A stretch of 64,000 bases of DNA. Source: a phage. The stretch lies in sequence record PX915677.1. One strand, written 5' to 3'. Positions 30,161-42,406 of this stretch are shown in pieces; within the stretch, counting starts at the first letter, position 1; every line of letters begins with the position of its first letter. The translations under genes were made by a program, and so were the position numbers. The notes under the pieces were generated by a model. It ran no database searches. It saw only the letters and a list, made by a program, of their open reading frames with translations, and was not told the origin of the DNA.

Positions 30161-31129
30161 ATGGGACTTTTCGGAGGCGGGGGTAGTAAAACTACTTCCC
30201 AAATGATTCGCCCTGAATACATTCAACAGTATATTGACCAGCTTAACCAACAGATTGGTAATACTAGTTCAGGGGATTATGTTTATCGTGACAGTGTAGG
30301 GTTTAATAACAATCAGACAGAGGCACTTAACAACCTAGCACAATCTGGCGCTCTAGGTACTCTCTCACAGCAGTATATGGATGCAGCAGGTCAAGGCTTG
30401 GGTTATCTAGATAATGCCTATAAAGGTTATCAGAGCCTCTCTGGACAAGGTGGGATTACTGGAGAGCAGATTGGTGCTCTCGCTGGTCAACTGTATGATG
30501 ATGACGCTGTGCAAGCAGCCATTACAGCTAATAATGAACAGGTTCAACAGAACTTGGCACGTAATGCTCTTCCTCAGTTGGCTCAACAGTTTGCCGGTCA
30601 ACAAGGTTCAGGTGCTCGTATGGCTAAGTCTTTTGCCCAAGGTGATGCTCTGAATCAGATGCAAGGGCAAGCAACAGATATTACCAATAGTGCATATAAC
30701 TCGGCTATCAGCCAAGCTGAAAGCATCCTCTCTGGTAATAGACAGAATCAGGCAGCTGCTCTCTCTGGTCTTTCTAATATTGGTTCTAACCTTTCTAACC
30801 TAGGTCAGCAGGGTGCTAATTTGTCTCAACAGCAAATAATGAATCAATGGAATGCAGGGTTGCAGCAACAACAGCAACAACAGAATGAATATGATAATGC
30901 CTACCAGAATGCTCAGAACGCAGCTAATTGGGGATGGCAAGATATCAATAACCAACTCGGTGCAGCAGGTGTACTTAACGGTGCTCTCGGACAAACTACA
31001 ACTACTAAAACATCTGGTGGCAAAGGTGGTTTCCTTGGTGGAGCTATGAGTGGTGCAGCAGCTGGCTCTTCCTTTGGACCTTGGGGTGCATTAGCTGGGG
31101 GTGTAATCGGTGGGTTGGCTAGTACTTAA
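30161..31129 (+). CDS. Gln/Asn/Gly-rich low-complexity internal virion protein, paralogue (322 aa)
   Basis: Shared N-terminal motif (FNxNQxxALNNLAxS) and glycine-zipper-like C-terminus with 29096..30148. Confidence 0.55.
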   Translation: MGLFGGGGSKTTSQMIRPEYIQQYIDQLNQQIGNTSSGDYVYRDSVGFNNNQTEALNNLAQSGALGTLSQQYMDAAGQGLGYLDNAYKGYQSLSGQGGITGEQIGALAGQLYDDDAVQAAITANNEQVQQNLARNALPQLAQQFAGQQGSGARMAKSFAQGDALNQMQGQATDITNSAYNSAISQAESILSGNRQNQAAALSGLSNIGSNLSNLGQQGANLSQQQIMNQWNAGLQQQQQQQNEYDNAYQNAQNAANWGWQDINNQLGAAGVLNGALGQTTTTKTSGGKGGFLGGAMSGAAAGSSFGPWGALAGGVIGGLAST

Positions 31130-31142
31130 TTAGGAGATAAAT

Positions 31143-32792
31143 ATGCAACAGACAACTTACGCTCAGGTCAGAAGTCGTGACCCGAGAAATACTTTCTATG
31201 GTGTTAATCCGGGAGCGGCTTCGGCCTCTCCTTATATGGCTAGACCAACTCAGACAGCAGATATTTCTATGTATCAACGTCCTGCTATACCTGCTGGGCT
31301 TTCCTCTCTTGTAGGTCAAACTTCAGTAGATTATCAGAATATGTTGAATCCTGTTCAGAGTAATGGTCTTCCTTCTGATATCCCAAATGATGTACAACCT
31401 CAAGCACAACAGGCTGTAACTCTTCCTGAGTTTGAGAATCAAGAAACCATGCAAACTGCTGGACTTTCCCCTTCTTCTATTCCTCCAGAATCAGAACCTC
31501 TTCCGGTAACACCTCCTACTAAACCGTTAGAAGCTGGTCCTATGGAGTTTACTCCTTCTCAGGTGGAACAGGCACAAGGTGTGATTAATACTCTTGCTCA
31601 AGGACAAGACGCTGGTGATGGAATGACTGCTGCTACTCGTGCTAAAGATCAGGAACGTGTTAACAACGATATCTTGCAAGTTGCGAAAGCTAAAGACCCT
31701 TCGGAAGCTTGGAACAAACTACAGAAAGAACCATTCTATCAGAACTCTAGTTTCTACACAGGTTTGATGGGTGTAGGTCTTTCCATTATGTCAGGTAAGT
31801 CTCCTATTGAAGCTTTCCAGATTGGTCAGGGAATGGCTAATCAAGATGAGACTAAGAAGCAACTGGAAGCTAACCGTGATGCTCTGATTGAACAAGGCTT
31901 CTCTCAAGACTCGATCGCAGCTGCTATTGCTAACGGAGATCCATCTCTACTGAAGATGAGAGCTGTAGACCCTGCTCAGAAAGAAGCGCTGTATGCTGCT
32001 CGTGAAGAACGACAAAATGCTGAATGGGATAGACGTCAACAGATTCAAGAGCAAACTATGCGTGAGCGTGCTGATGAAACTCGTCGTGCCGCTGAAGAAA
32101 GGGCTAACATGAACTTTGAACGTCAGAAAGAGTTGATTGGTTATCGTGATAAGGTTAAGGCTGAACGTGCTGAACAAGCTGCTCAGAGTTTTAACTTTAA
32201 CCCGAAAGAAGTTCGTCTTGCTCAGAATACAGCTGAAGGTACGGTTGCTAAGCAGTGGGCAGAGAAAGGTGGCCTGTTTAACCAGTCTAACAAAGACTTG
32301 GATTTGGCTGATAAGGCTGTTAAGGATAAAGACTATCAGACAGCTCGTTCTGCTTACATGCAGGCTATCATGAACTCCGCAAGGGCTGAAATCGGTGCTA
32401 CTCGTTCTCTTACCGAAGAAGACTTGGGGCACTTTGCAGAAGACCCATCAATCTTCGTTCGTGTTGGCAACAAGTTTGCACTGAAATCTGGATGGCGTCC
32501 TACTGATTCTGCTCTTGCTTATGCTCGTAAGCAAGCTAACGTTGGTCACACCTCTGCAATGAAAGGTGTTGCTGATGCTAAGAGAGCTACGATTGAAGCT
32601 TACATCGGTTCTGGTATGGATAAGAAGAGAGCTACTGCATTGGTTAACCGTGCAATCCCTTCTGGTGGTTTCTATGACCCTCTAGGTGTTTTCTCTGAAC
32701 AAGCAGAAGAAGCAGTTGGTGGTGCAGCAACCAATCCTAAGCTTAATGGTGCTTTATCAGCTGTCGAAGACACTAGCTGGTTTACTCAATAA
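31143..32792 (+). CDS. Hypothetical internal virion protein (549 aa)
   Basis: ORF track; strong RBS. Confidence 0.55.
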   Translation: MQQTTYAQVRSRDPRNTFYGVNPGAASASPYMARPTQTADISMYQRPAIPAGLSSLVGQTSVDYQNMLNPVQSNGLPSDIPNDVQPQAQQAVTLPEFENQETMQTAGLSPSSIPPESEPLPVTPPTKPLEAGPMEFTPSQVEQAQGVINTLAQGQDAGDGMTAATRAKDQERVNNDILQVAKAKDPSEAWNKLQKEPFYQNSSFYTGLMGVGLSIMSGKSPIEAFQIGQGMANQDETKKQLEANRDALIEQGFSQDSIAAAIANGDPSLLKMRAVDPAQKEALYAAREERQNAEWDRRQQIQEQTMRERADETRRAAEERANMNFERQKELIGYRDKVKAERAEQAAQSFNFNPKEVRLAQNTAEGTVAKQWAEKGGLFNQSNKDLDLADKAVKDKDYQTARSAYMQAIMNSARAEIGATRSLTEEDLGHFAEDPSIFVRVGNKFALKSGWRPTDSALAYARKQANVGHTSAMKGVADAKRATIEAYIGSGMDKKRATALVNRAIPSGGFYDPLGVFSEQAEEAVGGAATNPKLNGALSAVEDTSWFTQ

Positions 32793-32812
32793 GACCTAAG
32801 TCCTGCCTTCTA

Positions 32813-32821
32813 TAATGTATA
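32813..32821 (+). promoter_or_regulatory. TAATGTATA promoter motif
   Basis: Exact 9-mer 39 nt upstream of ATG 32860. Confidence 0.45.
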
Positions 32822-32859
32822 TAGGGGGTAGGACATTTTTATTTATAAAAGGAGACGTT

Positions 32860-35800
32860 ATGGCTAACATTAAACCGTGGGAAGAAGCTTCCAAAGCTCC
32901 TGCGTATCTGAATGCCTCTCCGGAGCAACAAGCTCAAATGAGAGAACAATATAAGGCAGCAGGTGGCTCTATTCCTGAGGAACAACCAGTAGCACAACCA
33001 CAACAAGAAGAACGTGGTGCTATAGGTGAGTTTGCTCAAGGTGTGTCAAATGCTCTTCAATCTGGTGGTGCAAATATTGCAGCTAGTGCTGCTAAAGGTA
33101 TTGGTGGTTTAGTTGAGATTGGTGAGAATCTAGCTGGAGCACAAACTAGTTATGGTAAGCGTATCCAAGAGAACTCTCAGAACCTTCTGAAAGAACGTAT
33201 GGATAAGATTGAGGATGGGATTGGTAAAACTGTCGGTCAGTATGCTGGCGTTGCTGGTGATATCGGTTTGACAGTTGCTAACCCATTGGCTGCTGCTGCT
33301 ATCATCGCAGGTCGTGAGACAGGTCGTGCATATGCAGACCAAACCCCTGAAGAGGGAGAGGATAAGTCTATTCTAGATGCAGCCTTAGTTGGTGGTGCTA
33401 ACTATGCAGCTCAGAGAATCCTTCCGGGTGCTGTTGGTACAGCTGAGTCCACACTTGGACGTATTGGTCAGAACGTTGCTAGTAACGCAGTGGCTGGTGC
33501 TAAAGGTGGTGCTCTTGTGGGTGCTGCTGAAGTTCAGAACAAGTATGGCGACGACAACGATCTAGCTAAGACATTGGAAGGTGTTATCGAAGAAGGGGCT
33601 ATGGGTGCTGCATTTGGTGGCGCAGTTGGTGGGGTTCATGGTTTGATTAGCCGTCCAGATTCTGCTGTCTTCAAGAACACTCCAGAGTATGCGAAGACTG
33701 ATATTGCTGCTGATGATGAACTGATTCGTAGTGCTAAGAATATTGATGAACTGAAAGAAGCTTATTCTAAAGCTGAAACTGCTAATGCTGCTTCTGCTCT
33801 GAACCTTCTGGATGAGAATGGATTCCGTATTACAGATGCTGTTGCTGTAGACTCCCCTGCTGCTCAGCGTATTCTTAATACTGACCAAGCTCGTGCTGAG
33901 AAAGCTGCTTCCGTTCAGAAAGAACATTCCAACATTCCGGGCCTCAACCCTTTAGCTTCTCCTGCTAAGACTCGTGGTAAAGCATTCGCTGACAACGAGC
34001 ACAACCAGAAGCAGGCTGTTGCTATGAAGGATGCAATGGCTGATTACACCAAAGACAATACGAAAGCTCTTACAGATGTTCTAGATAACCTAGACCGTGA
34101 ATTAACTTCTCTCCGAGCTTCTGGTGATTTTACTGGTAGTCCGATTGATATTAAGAACCGTACACAAGCCGACCGTGATTTCATTGATGCTTACAAGACT
34201 TTCTACAATGAAGCAAATCGATTCAAAGCTCGTGATGGTGAAGACTTTAATAACTTTGTAGAGAAAGCTGCTGAACTACAGAAGATGGCTGATAATGTTT
34301 CTCCAGAGATGAAGAAAGCTATCGGTGGGTTGAAGAAACTGAAAGGTATGCCTGAAGGTTTTAATCCTATCCAAGATGCTTACACTCTGAACAATACAGC
34401 TAAGTTCATGAGCAATCAAGACCGTGGTTGGACTTCCCTGACTGATGATGGATTCCGTGAGGCTTCTTCACCTAGTCTGGTAATGAACACTCTCGGTGCT
34501 GCTAAGTATGCTCTGAATCGCTTCTCTTCTCAGCGTGCTCGCTCTCAACGTGTTAAGCAACAAGAATCTAACAGTGAAGCTATCCGCTCTCTAGCTCGCG
34601 GTGATTTGGAAGTTGCTCGTGCTAAGTCTACTGCTGATGAAGCTCGTGCTAAAATGGAAGAAGAACCAGTTGTTGATGACATTAAATTTAAGACGCAAAA
34701 TGACGTGGAAACCGAACCGGTTCGGGAGTCTTCTTCTAGTACTGTGACGGAAGAAAATCTTCCTTCTTCTGCTCCTCAAGAAGCCCCTCTTACAGCTCGT
34801 GATTTAGTTGCGCAAAGACGTGCTATCCGTCAGGCTGAACAGCGTCGCGCTGAAGAAGAGGCATTGGCTGCTCAAGAAGCTCCGGTCGAACAAGCTCCAC
34901 AGGCTGAACCTCTCCCTGCTCGTAACCCTTTAGAGGAACGTCGTGCAATGGAACAGCAACGTGCTCAAGAAGAGGCCGCACAGGCTCCAGAACCAACCGT
35001 AGAGGAACCAACAGTCAAAGCTGAGCCATTACCTGCCCGTGCTCCTAAAGCTCCTAAGGAAGCTGTACAGGACGTTAAACCGGCAAGTGGTGTAGAACGT
35101 TTAGCTGCTATGTCTAGTGCTGCTCGTCAGGCTACTAAAGATCGTGCAGAACGTTTTGCTCGTTCTCTGTACTCTAAGGCTGCTAAAGCTAAAGCTACTG
35201 CTGAAAACTTCTTGGCCTATAAAGGTGATCCTAAGGAACTGATGCGTCGTATTCGTCAGGAAGATAATGCTATCAACACTGAACGTCATGAAGAAATGGC
35301 TCGTAACCAGCTGGCCTCTCAGCAAGGTATTGCTACTGCTAAGAACAACACTGTACGAACTAATTTTGCTGAATGGGTTAAAGAACGTGGTCTGCCAGAA
35401 GACATTGCTACTAAGGCATTACGTGCTGAAGAGAAAGGTTTAGGTGGGAACGTAACTAACTTGGATAGTCTGAAACGTCGTGCTGAAAGGTTGTATCAGA
35501 AGCAGCGTGAGGATGAGTTTGATAGGCTGTACCAACAGGCTCTAGAAGAGAACAAAGCTTTCGATAATAAGAATGCTCCTAAACTGGTTGACCAGAAGAA
35601 AGAGCTTCAGTCTGAGATTGATGCTTTGATTGATTCAGAACCTTTACGTCCTGCTCAGAAAGATGCTATGCGTAAGCTGATGAATGACTTTGTAGATGGG
35701 AAGTTTAAATCTTCAGAGAAGGCTGGTAGGGAAGAGGCTTTGGAAGTTGGTCAGATGAAGGATATTTGGGATGGGTTTATTAACACCTATAACAGAGAAG

Positions 35801-37281
35801 TGAATGCCTTCAACAAAGCTAACAAGAACTCTCAGTACGAAGCTGCTGCTAAGCATTTACAGGCTCGTGAAGAACGTCTTGCTACACTCAGGAAAAAGGC
35901 TCAGGCTCGTTCGGATGCTAAAGCTGCTGTTGAGAATGAACGTAAAACTCTAGAGGCTATTGCAGCTCAGAAGAGTGAGATTGAGAAGATGATGGAAGGT
36001 TTACCTAAACCTGTTCGTGAGGCTCAGGAATCTCGTACATTGAAACAGTTGGCTGCTCACCACGATAAGAACTCTCCAGTTCCTCCAGAGAAGTTCCGTA
36101 GTTACATTGAACGTATCCATAACGCCGAGTCAGACTACCTTGATCGTCAGCGTCGTTTAACTGATGCAGAGGAAGATGCTCGTCAGGCTAAGTGGAACAA
36201 GATGTATGAGCAAGCGGAAGAGATGAACCGTAAGTTTGATGTGGACAAGAGAGTTAAGCGCAGTGAAGAGCTTAAAGCGGCCCAAGAGCGTGAGAATGAC
36301 CTTATGGCAGTACAACGTCAACGTGATGACATTCATCGCCGCCTGATGCGTACTATGGAAGATAAGGGCATATCTAGAGAGGATGCTGAAGCATTTGCTG
36401 GTTCCTATATGGATAACCGTTATGCACTTCTTGAGAAGCCTATGACTCCTACTGAACATCAGAATGCTCGTTCTCGTATCGAAGCTGATGTTGAGAAGTT
36501 TGCTAAGAAGTACGAATCAATGACTCCTATCGAGAAAGAGATTGTTAAGGTTACTGGAGATACTGAAGGTAAGCTTGATAACTTGGATGCGGATACTAGG
36601 AAGGCTATTGAGGAGGCTCAGAAGGTTGACTCTGATATTAAGAAACTGCAAGAGGAAGAGTTGGAGATGGAGAAGATTCGTTCTGCTCTGCCTGATGATG
36701 AAAGATCTCAAGCAAATTCTGATATCTTGGAAAGCATTAAACAACAGGAAGAGGTCTTTGCTGATAAAGTAGAGAAAGCTTTCTTGAGTGGGAAGAGCTT
36801 GGATGAGTTGGCTAGTGTGGCTGAAGTTTTAGACAGGGTTCATGGTGCAGATAAGGCTGGTAACAACCGTCGCTTTGTACGTGCATTGCAGACTGCTGCT
36901 AAAAACAAGAAGAAGTATGGTGATAATCCAGTAGCTTGGTTTAGTGCTGATGATTACTCTGCCATTGCTAAACTTGGTGCTTCTTCCGCAGGTGGTAACA
37001 AATCCAGAGCACTGGAGAAGATCTTTGGTTCTACAGCTGAACAGGCTAAGAGTAAGTTGCTTGGTAGGGATGATGTAGCGAAGATGAGACGTGTGATTGA
37101 AGAGAACCCTGATATCAAGATTCCTTCTTACAAGACAACAAATCGTACTGAGTACTTGCAGTTCTTGGAGAAGTTTAATGACGAAGGGAAGCCTAAGATT
37201 AAACGTGGCTCATTGTCAGAGAAGCTTGAACGCAGTAAGCGTCAATCGAGACTCCGTGTAAGAGTTCGACCTAAGGAGTGA
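32860..37281 (+). CDS. Very large coiled-coil-rich virion protein (about 1470 aa), likely internal/ejection protein
   Basis: Start moved to ATG 32860 (AAAGGAGA RBS); internal AEPLPAR repeats; long Ala/Glu/Lys/Arg-rich helical regions. Confidence 0.6.
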   Translation: MANIKPWEEASKAPAYLNASPEQQAQMREQYKAAGGSIPEEQPVAQPQQEERGAIGEFAQGVSNALQSGGANIAASAAKGIGGLVEIGENLAGAQTSYGKRIQENSQNLLKERMDKIEDGIGKTVGQYAGVAGDIGLTVANPLAAAAIIAGRETGRAYADQTPEEGEDKSILDAALVGGANYAAQRILPGAVGTAESTLGRIGQNVASNAVAGAKGGALVGAAEVQNKYGDDNDLAKTLEGVIEEGAMGAAFGGAVGGVHGLISRPDSAVFKNTPEYAKTDIAADDELIRSAKNIDELKEAYSKAETANAASALNLLDENGFRITDAVAVDSPAAQRILNTDQARAEKAASVQKEHSNIPGLNPLASPAKTRGKAFADNEHNQKQAVAMKDAMADYTKDNTKALTDVLDNLDRELTSLRASGDFTGSPIDIKNRTQADRDFIDAYKTFYNEANRFKARDGEDFNNFVEKAAELQKMADNVSPEMKKAIGGLKKLKGMPEGFNPIQDAYTLNNTAKFMSNQDRGWTSLTDDGFREASSPSLVMNTLGAAKYALNRFSSQRARSQRVKQQESNSEAIRSLARGDLEVARAKSTADEARAKMEEEPVVDDIKFKTQNDVETEPVRESSSSTVTEENLPSSAPQEAPLTARDLVAQRRAIRQAEQRRAEEEALAAQEAPVEQAPQAEPLPARNPLEERRAMEQQRAQEEAAQAPEPTVEEPTVKAEPLPARAPKAPKEAVQDVKPASGVERLAAMSSAARQATKDRAERFARSLYSKAAKAKATAENFLAYKGDPKELMRRIRQEDNAINTERHEEMARNQLASQQGIATAKNNTVRTNFAEWVKERGLPEDIATKALRAEEKGLGGNVTNLDSLKRRAERLYQKQREDEFDRLYQQALEENKAFDNKNAPKLVDQKKELQSEIDALIDSEPLRPAQKDAMRKLMNDFVDGKFKSSEKAGREEALEVGQMKDIWDGFINTYNREVNAFNKANKNSQYEAAAKHLQAREERLATLRKKAQARSDAKAAVENERKTLEAIAAQKSEIEKMMEGLPKPVREAQESRTLKQLAAHHDKNSPVPPEKFRSYIERIHNAESDYLDRQRRLTDAEEDARQAKWNKMYEQAEEMNRKFDVDKRVKRSEELKAAQERENDLMAVQRQRDDIHRRLMRTMEDKGISREDAEAFAGSYMDNRYALLEKPMTPTEHQNARSRIEADVEKFAKKYESMTPIEKEIVKVTGDTEGKLDNLDADTRKAIEEAQKVDSDIKKLQEEELEMEKIRSALPDDERSQANSDILESIKQQEEVFADKVEKAFLSGKSLDELASVAEVLDRVHGADKAGNNRRFVRALQTAAKNKKKYGDNPVAWFSADDYSAIAKLGASSAGGNKSRALEKIFGSTAEQAKSKLLGRDDVAKMRRVIEENPDIKIPSYKTTNRTEYLQFLEKFNDEGKPKIKRGSLSEKLERSKRQSRLRVRVRPKE

Positions 37282-37285
37282 TAAA

Positions 37286-37326
37286 AGAAAAGCCCTCAAG
37301 GAGAAATCCAAGAGGGCTTTATTTGT
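37286..37326. terminator. Bidirectional terminator at convergence of plus and minus modules
   Basis: AAAGCCCTC(14 nt)GAGGGCTTT flanked by A-run on left and T-run on right. Confidence 0.6.
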
Positions 37327-37373
37327 TTCTAAGTTTTAAAAACCATCAAATTCGTCATACATCCCAATTCTCT

Positions 37374-37466
37374 TCAGAAGTCTGGATGTTCATCTTCAAA
37401 GCATCCTGAGATGCCTCCATAGAACCAATCCGATTTACTTCCAAGGATAACAACTTCTTCATTCAT
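37374..37466 (-). CDS. Small ORF (30 aa) with strong RBS
   Basis: AGGAGG 5 nt upstream of ATG 37466; MNEEVVILGSKSDWFYGGISGCFEDEHPDF. Confidence 0.3.
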   Translation of the reverse strand: MNEEVVILGSKSDWFYGGISGCFEDEHPDF

Positions 37467-37474
37467 ATACCCTC

Positions 37475-37636
37475 CTAGATTGTGTTTATAAAATTAGTAA
37501 GTTTCTCTTCACTTTCATCAAAAGCTTTTCCAGCTGCTTCCATCTCCCAAGTATCGGCATTATCAATAAAGCTCTGAGCTTCTAGTAGGTCATGGATTAA
37601 GTCGAAGAGCTTGTTTTTATCTGCTTGTGTGATCAT
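37475..37636 (-). CDS. Small ORF (53 aa)
   Basis: AGGAA upstream of ATG 37636; acidic helical peptide. Confidence 0.3.
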   Translation of the reverse strand: MITQADKNKLFDLIHDLLEAQSFIDNADTWEMEAAGKAFDESEEKLTNFINTI

Positions 37637-37644
37637 GTCAGTTC

Positions 37645-37872
37645 CTAGATTAAATCGTAATACTGAATAATGTCAGAGAGTTTGAACTCTCGAATCTCAT
37701 CTTTCTCTACATCTATCGCTGTCATAATCCAACAAGGTTTGCCACCGTTATGAAAACGGGAGCTAGCAACGGAGGTTCGGAGTGGAATAACGGACCGGTC
37801 AGCAACCTCGCCTCTCCAATTGCGATAGCGAAAGCGAAGCACTTGTTGCGTAGATTTTTGATCATCACTCAT
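37645..37872 (-). CDS. Hypothetical small protein (75 aa; start moved to internal Met)
   Basis: ORF track 37645..38007 trimmed to MSDDQK start to remove long overlap with HNH gene. Confidence 0.4.
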   Translation of the reverse strand: MSDDQKSTQQVLRFRYRNWRGEVADRSVIPLRTSVASSRFHNGGKPCWIMTAIDVEKDEIREFKLSDIIQYYDLI

Positions 37873-38266
37873 TTCCTTTTTTGAATTGTTTTCTTGCATC
37901 ATTCTCTTCTTTTGTTTTAATCTTATGACAAGGGTCTTTACACAGAACTTGAAATCCCTCTTTCTCACACAGAGCACGAGAGATGATTTCATCCCAAGTT
38001 GCTTCATGATCTAAGGGAACTATAGGTTCTATGTGGTCAATAGCCATATCCTTTACAGGGTGGTCAGAACCACACATGGCACACTTAAAGTGCATTGCCA
38101 ATCTACCTGTCTTTGGATTAATCTTCTGCTCTGTCTTGGCGTCTGCTAGTGCATCGAACATGGGCTTCCACTTTCTAGTCAGAGAACGAATCCCTGACTT
38201 GATGAAAGAGTTATAACGAGCTTCAGTCCACATTCCACTACAGCGTATCTTCTCAGACTTCGCCAT
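37865..38266 (-). CDS. HNH endonuclease (133 aa)
   Basis: HFKCAMCG...AIDHIEPI zinc-finger HNH pattern. Confidence 0.65.
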   Translation of the reverse strand: MAKSEKIRCSGMWTEARYNSFIKSGIRSLTRKWKPMFDALADAKTEQKINPKTGRLAMHFKCAMCGSDHPVKDMAIDHIEPIVPLDHEATWDEIISRALCEKEGFQVLCKDPCHKIKTKEENDARKQFKKGNE

Positions 38267-38432
38267 AATCAGCTTCTTCCCAAACTCGTTTGTTTACACG
38301 ATGACTTACTTTGCCCTCACGAGGAATACGACCAGTCCGCTGATCAAACAGTTGGTGCTTAATCTTTTGGTCTTTACGAGATTCACGATTAGAGGAGTTT
38401 TCATCATATGAACGATAATCAAATTTACCCAT
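38256..38432 (-). CDS. Small basic ORF (58 aa)
   Basis: AAGGA RBS; stop overlaps HNH start. Confidence 0.3.
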
Positions 38433-38442
38433 TATAATATCC

Positions 38443-38955
38443 TTATTTTATCCAGTCTCTTTCTATATAGGAGGTTGTGAGCTTACGTCTCTCTGCTTCA
38501 GTGGAGAAGATGACTACTACACTTCCTTTAGTGTTACCACTAACACTTTGCTGTGTATCTGCTCTTGTGAAACTCACACGACCACCTGTTATGAAAACAA
38601 TCTCATCAGCATGGTTTATACACTTAGTAAACCACTTAACAGAAGTATCAGCTGGTAGCAATAAAACTGTACCAACTTTAAGTTTCTTGTTTTTGATTGC
38701 CAAGTCAACCCAAGGAGTTATGTCTGAATATGGAGGATTACACCAAGTGTAAGTGTTTCTGAACTCAGAGAAATCATAGGTTAGAGAATCCATTTCCTCT
38801 GTTATATATTTTTCTAGTAGATGATTCTTGTCACTAGATGCTATATCACAGGAGAATTCAAACCTTGTGTTAAAGAAATCAAACAGCCATTTAGGGGTTT
38901 GCCATAAATCTCTAATGTCTTCTGGGGTATTACTAGATCTATAATCTGTTACCAT
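38443..38955 (-). CDS. DNA N6-adenine methyltransferase, phage Dam type
   Basis: WQTPxxLF N-terminal motif, catalytic NPPY (WCNPPYSDI), conserved LLLPADTSVKWF block. Confidence 0.8.
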   Translation of the reverse strand: MVTDYRSSNTPEDIRDLWQTPKWLFDFFNTRFEFSCDIASSDKNHLLEKYITEEMDSLTYDFSEFRNTYTWCNPPYSDITPWVDLAIKNKKLKVGTVLLLPADTSVKWFTKCINHADEIVFITGGRVSFTRADTQQSVSGNTKGSVVVIFSTEAERRKLTTSYIERDWIK

Positions 38956-39791
38956 TCTCTATCCAACCATGTCCAATCAAATAAATCTTCCGGAGTTTGA
39001 CCAACAAAGAGCAGCCGAGCATTCTCAAGCATCTTCTCTTCATCTTCAGTATCGAACTTCTTATAATATTCCATTCGTACTATATGATACATGGTCCACT
39101 TATCTGTAACATCAGCTAGTAATTTAGCTGCTGCCTTCTTCCCTATACCTTGACGTCGAAGCTGAAGCTTACCACCCCACATAACCTCTTTACGTTCCCC
39201 ACATCCGGGGATATTATCCGTACCGTCTCCAATCAACATTTGATAGAAGAAGTTTTGCCATGAGATTAAATCAGATACGTAGTGAGGGGGAACCTCTTTC
39301 TGCCTTTCTCCACAAGCCCAGCGATAATGCCATCCGGGAGTTATCAACAAATCCTTGTCTCTAGTACAGATGATAGTATTCTTATCCCTACGTTGTCTTT
39401 CAGCTAGTGCATCATCAGCTTCTCTCCCAAAGACCTCAATGTATTCGTACTTGGCTTTAATGTAATCACCAACGTTTTGCCAGTGAAAAGGTCTTTCTCC
39501 GGGAGGTCTGTTTGCCTTGTAATCTTGCTGCTTAGCAACATCAAAACGGAAGTTACCACCTTCGCTGAAGTAGAACACAACCTTACTGCAACCTGAGCGA
39601 GCAATGATTGTATCTATCTTGTACTGAAGTCGTTCAATCATGAAATTGTAATCAACTGGAACACGTCCTGTGTCAAGAAAGGGATGCTCCTGAGTAAGAG
39701 CACCCACTTCATATCGAAGAACGTCAGCATCCACTATAGCAACTTCAGGGAGCTTAACTTCTTCCATAAATATCATCCTGAGCTTGAGCAA
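38949..39791 (-). CDS. 5-prime to 3-prime exonuclease / flap endonuclease
   Basis: IVDADVLRY, EADDALA, TRDKDL, GDGTDNIPG acidic clusters typical of FEN/Pol I 5-prime nuclease domain. Confidence 0.8.
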   Translation of the reverse strand: MLKLRMIFMEEVKLPEVAIVDADVLRYEVGALTQEHPFLDTGRVPVDYNFMIERLQYKIDTIIARSGCSKVVFYFSEGGNFRFDVAKQQDYKANRPPGERPFHWQNVGDYIKAKYEYIEVFGREADDALAERQRRDKNTIICTRDKDLLITPGWHYRWACGERQKEVPPHYVSDLISWQNFFYQMLIGDGTDNIPGCGERKEVMWGGKLQLRRQGIGKKAAAKLLADVTDKWTMYHIVRMEYYKKFDTEDEEKMLENARLLFVGQTPEDLFDWTWLDREW

Positions 39792-40643
39792 TAATCCAAT
39801 CTAGATCTGAGACTGCTGATTCGATGGTTGAGTCATTAAACAGTAGATATGTTTTTCTCTGTTCGCCTTCAATATATGAACGAGAGTCTCCATCAAAAGA
39901 GCAACCATCTCTAAGAACTTGGACAACTTGGACATGGAAATTCTTTTCTAGTTCTCGTACCTCTGCATCAAAACCTCCGTCAGTAAACACGACAATATCA
40001 TCCTGACCTAGCCCTTCTTGTTTGATACTTTTTACAGCAAGATTCCCCATATGATTGTTGCCAAACATAGGTTTTAAGAAGTCTTCACTTGTAGAAATCA
40101 TCAAATCTCTTACAGACTTCCCTCCCCATTCTGGTCTAGGTTTTTCTTTCCATTCACGATCTTCATAGCGTGCTAGAAAATTTTCTAGAGGTATTCCTAG
40201 TGCAGCAGCAGCTACTCTGTACATTGGCTCCTTGAAGGATTTGGTTGAATATCCGTGGTGGTATGAATGGGCATTGACCCAAGCATTGGCTATCGTATCT
40301 TTACCACAACCCGGAGGCCCATTAAGAATTACTACTAAAGGCTTATAGTGGGAATCTCCCACCATATTGGTCAGTGTTGGATTGCCTTGAGATTCCATTT
40401 CTAATTGCTCCGTGTGGTCATGTGAGTAATCTACTGGAGAAGTTTTGTTACCAGTAACTTTAGGTAAAATCGCTCTAGTTGTTTCTACGTACCTACCGCC
40501 ATCAACATTGATTTGAAACTCTACAAGTTCATTCTGTAATTCATACCCTGATAAGTTGGATAGCTCCTCCAACTCATCTCTGACGAAATTTAAATGTTTG
40601 ATTTTAATTGCAAGAGCTTTCTTTAAAGCTTTTACCTCTTCAT

Positions 40644-40653
<10 letters not shown>
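39754..40653 (-). CDS. P-loop kinase, dNMP-kinase-like, with N-terminal coiled-coil extension
   Basis: Walker A GPPGCGKDT; specificity not assignable from sequence alone. Confidence 0.55.
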
Positions 40654-42139
<1,486 letters not shown>

Positions 42140-42140
<1 letters not shown>

Positions 42141-42406
42141 TATTCTATTCCACGCTCTTTAAGAGCTTCTAACAATCCGTTGTGATTAGCAGCACATTCT
42201 GTGTACTGGTCCTGATACCACTCCAACGTAGTGGCTAGTGCTTTTCCTTGAGCACTCTCTAAAAGAGGTAGGTCAACCCTACATTCAGCTTTTAGGTTTG
42301 TTGGTAAGGGCATTGATTGCCTGCTGTTGTCGCTCGTTGAACAAGCTGATAAACTAAAAGCTAGCAAAATCCCCGTACAACTCAATAGCTTTTTCTTTAT
42401 ATGCAC
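42140..42406 (-). CDS. Lipoprotein (lipobox LSAC), candidate outer-membrane spanin subunit
   Basis: GTG start at 42406 with GGAAGGAG RBS; signal MHIKKKLLSCTGILLAFSLSAC; N-terminal coding overlaps 3-prime end of HNH gene. Confidence 0.5.

Noticed and set aside
31947-36744. Several minus-strand and alternative-frame ORFs inside the large plus-strand virion genes
   Set aside because: Embedded in strongly supported long ORFs on the other strand or frame, with low-complexity translations.
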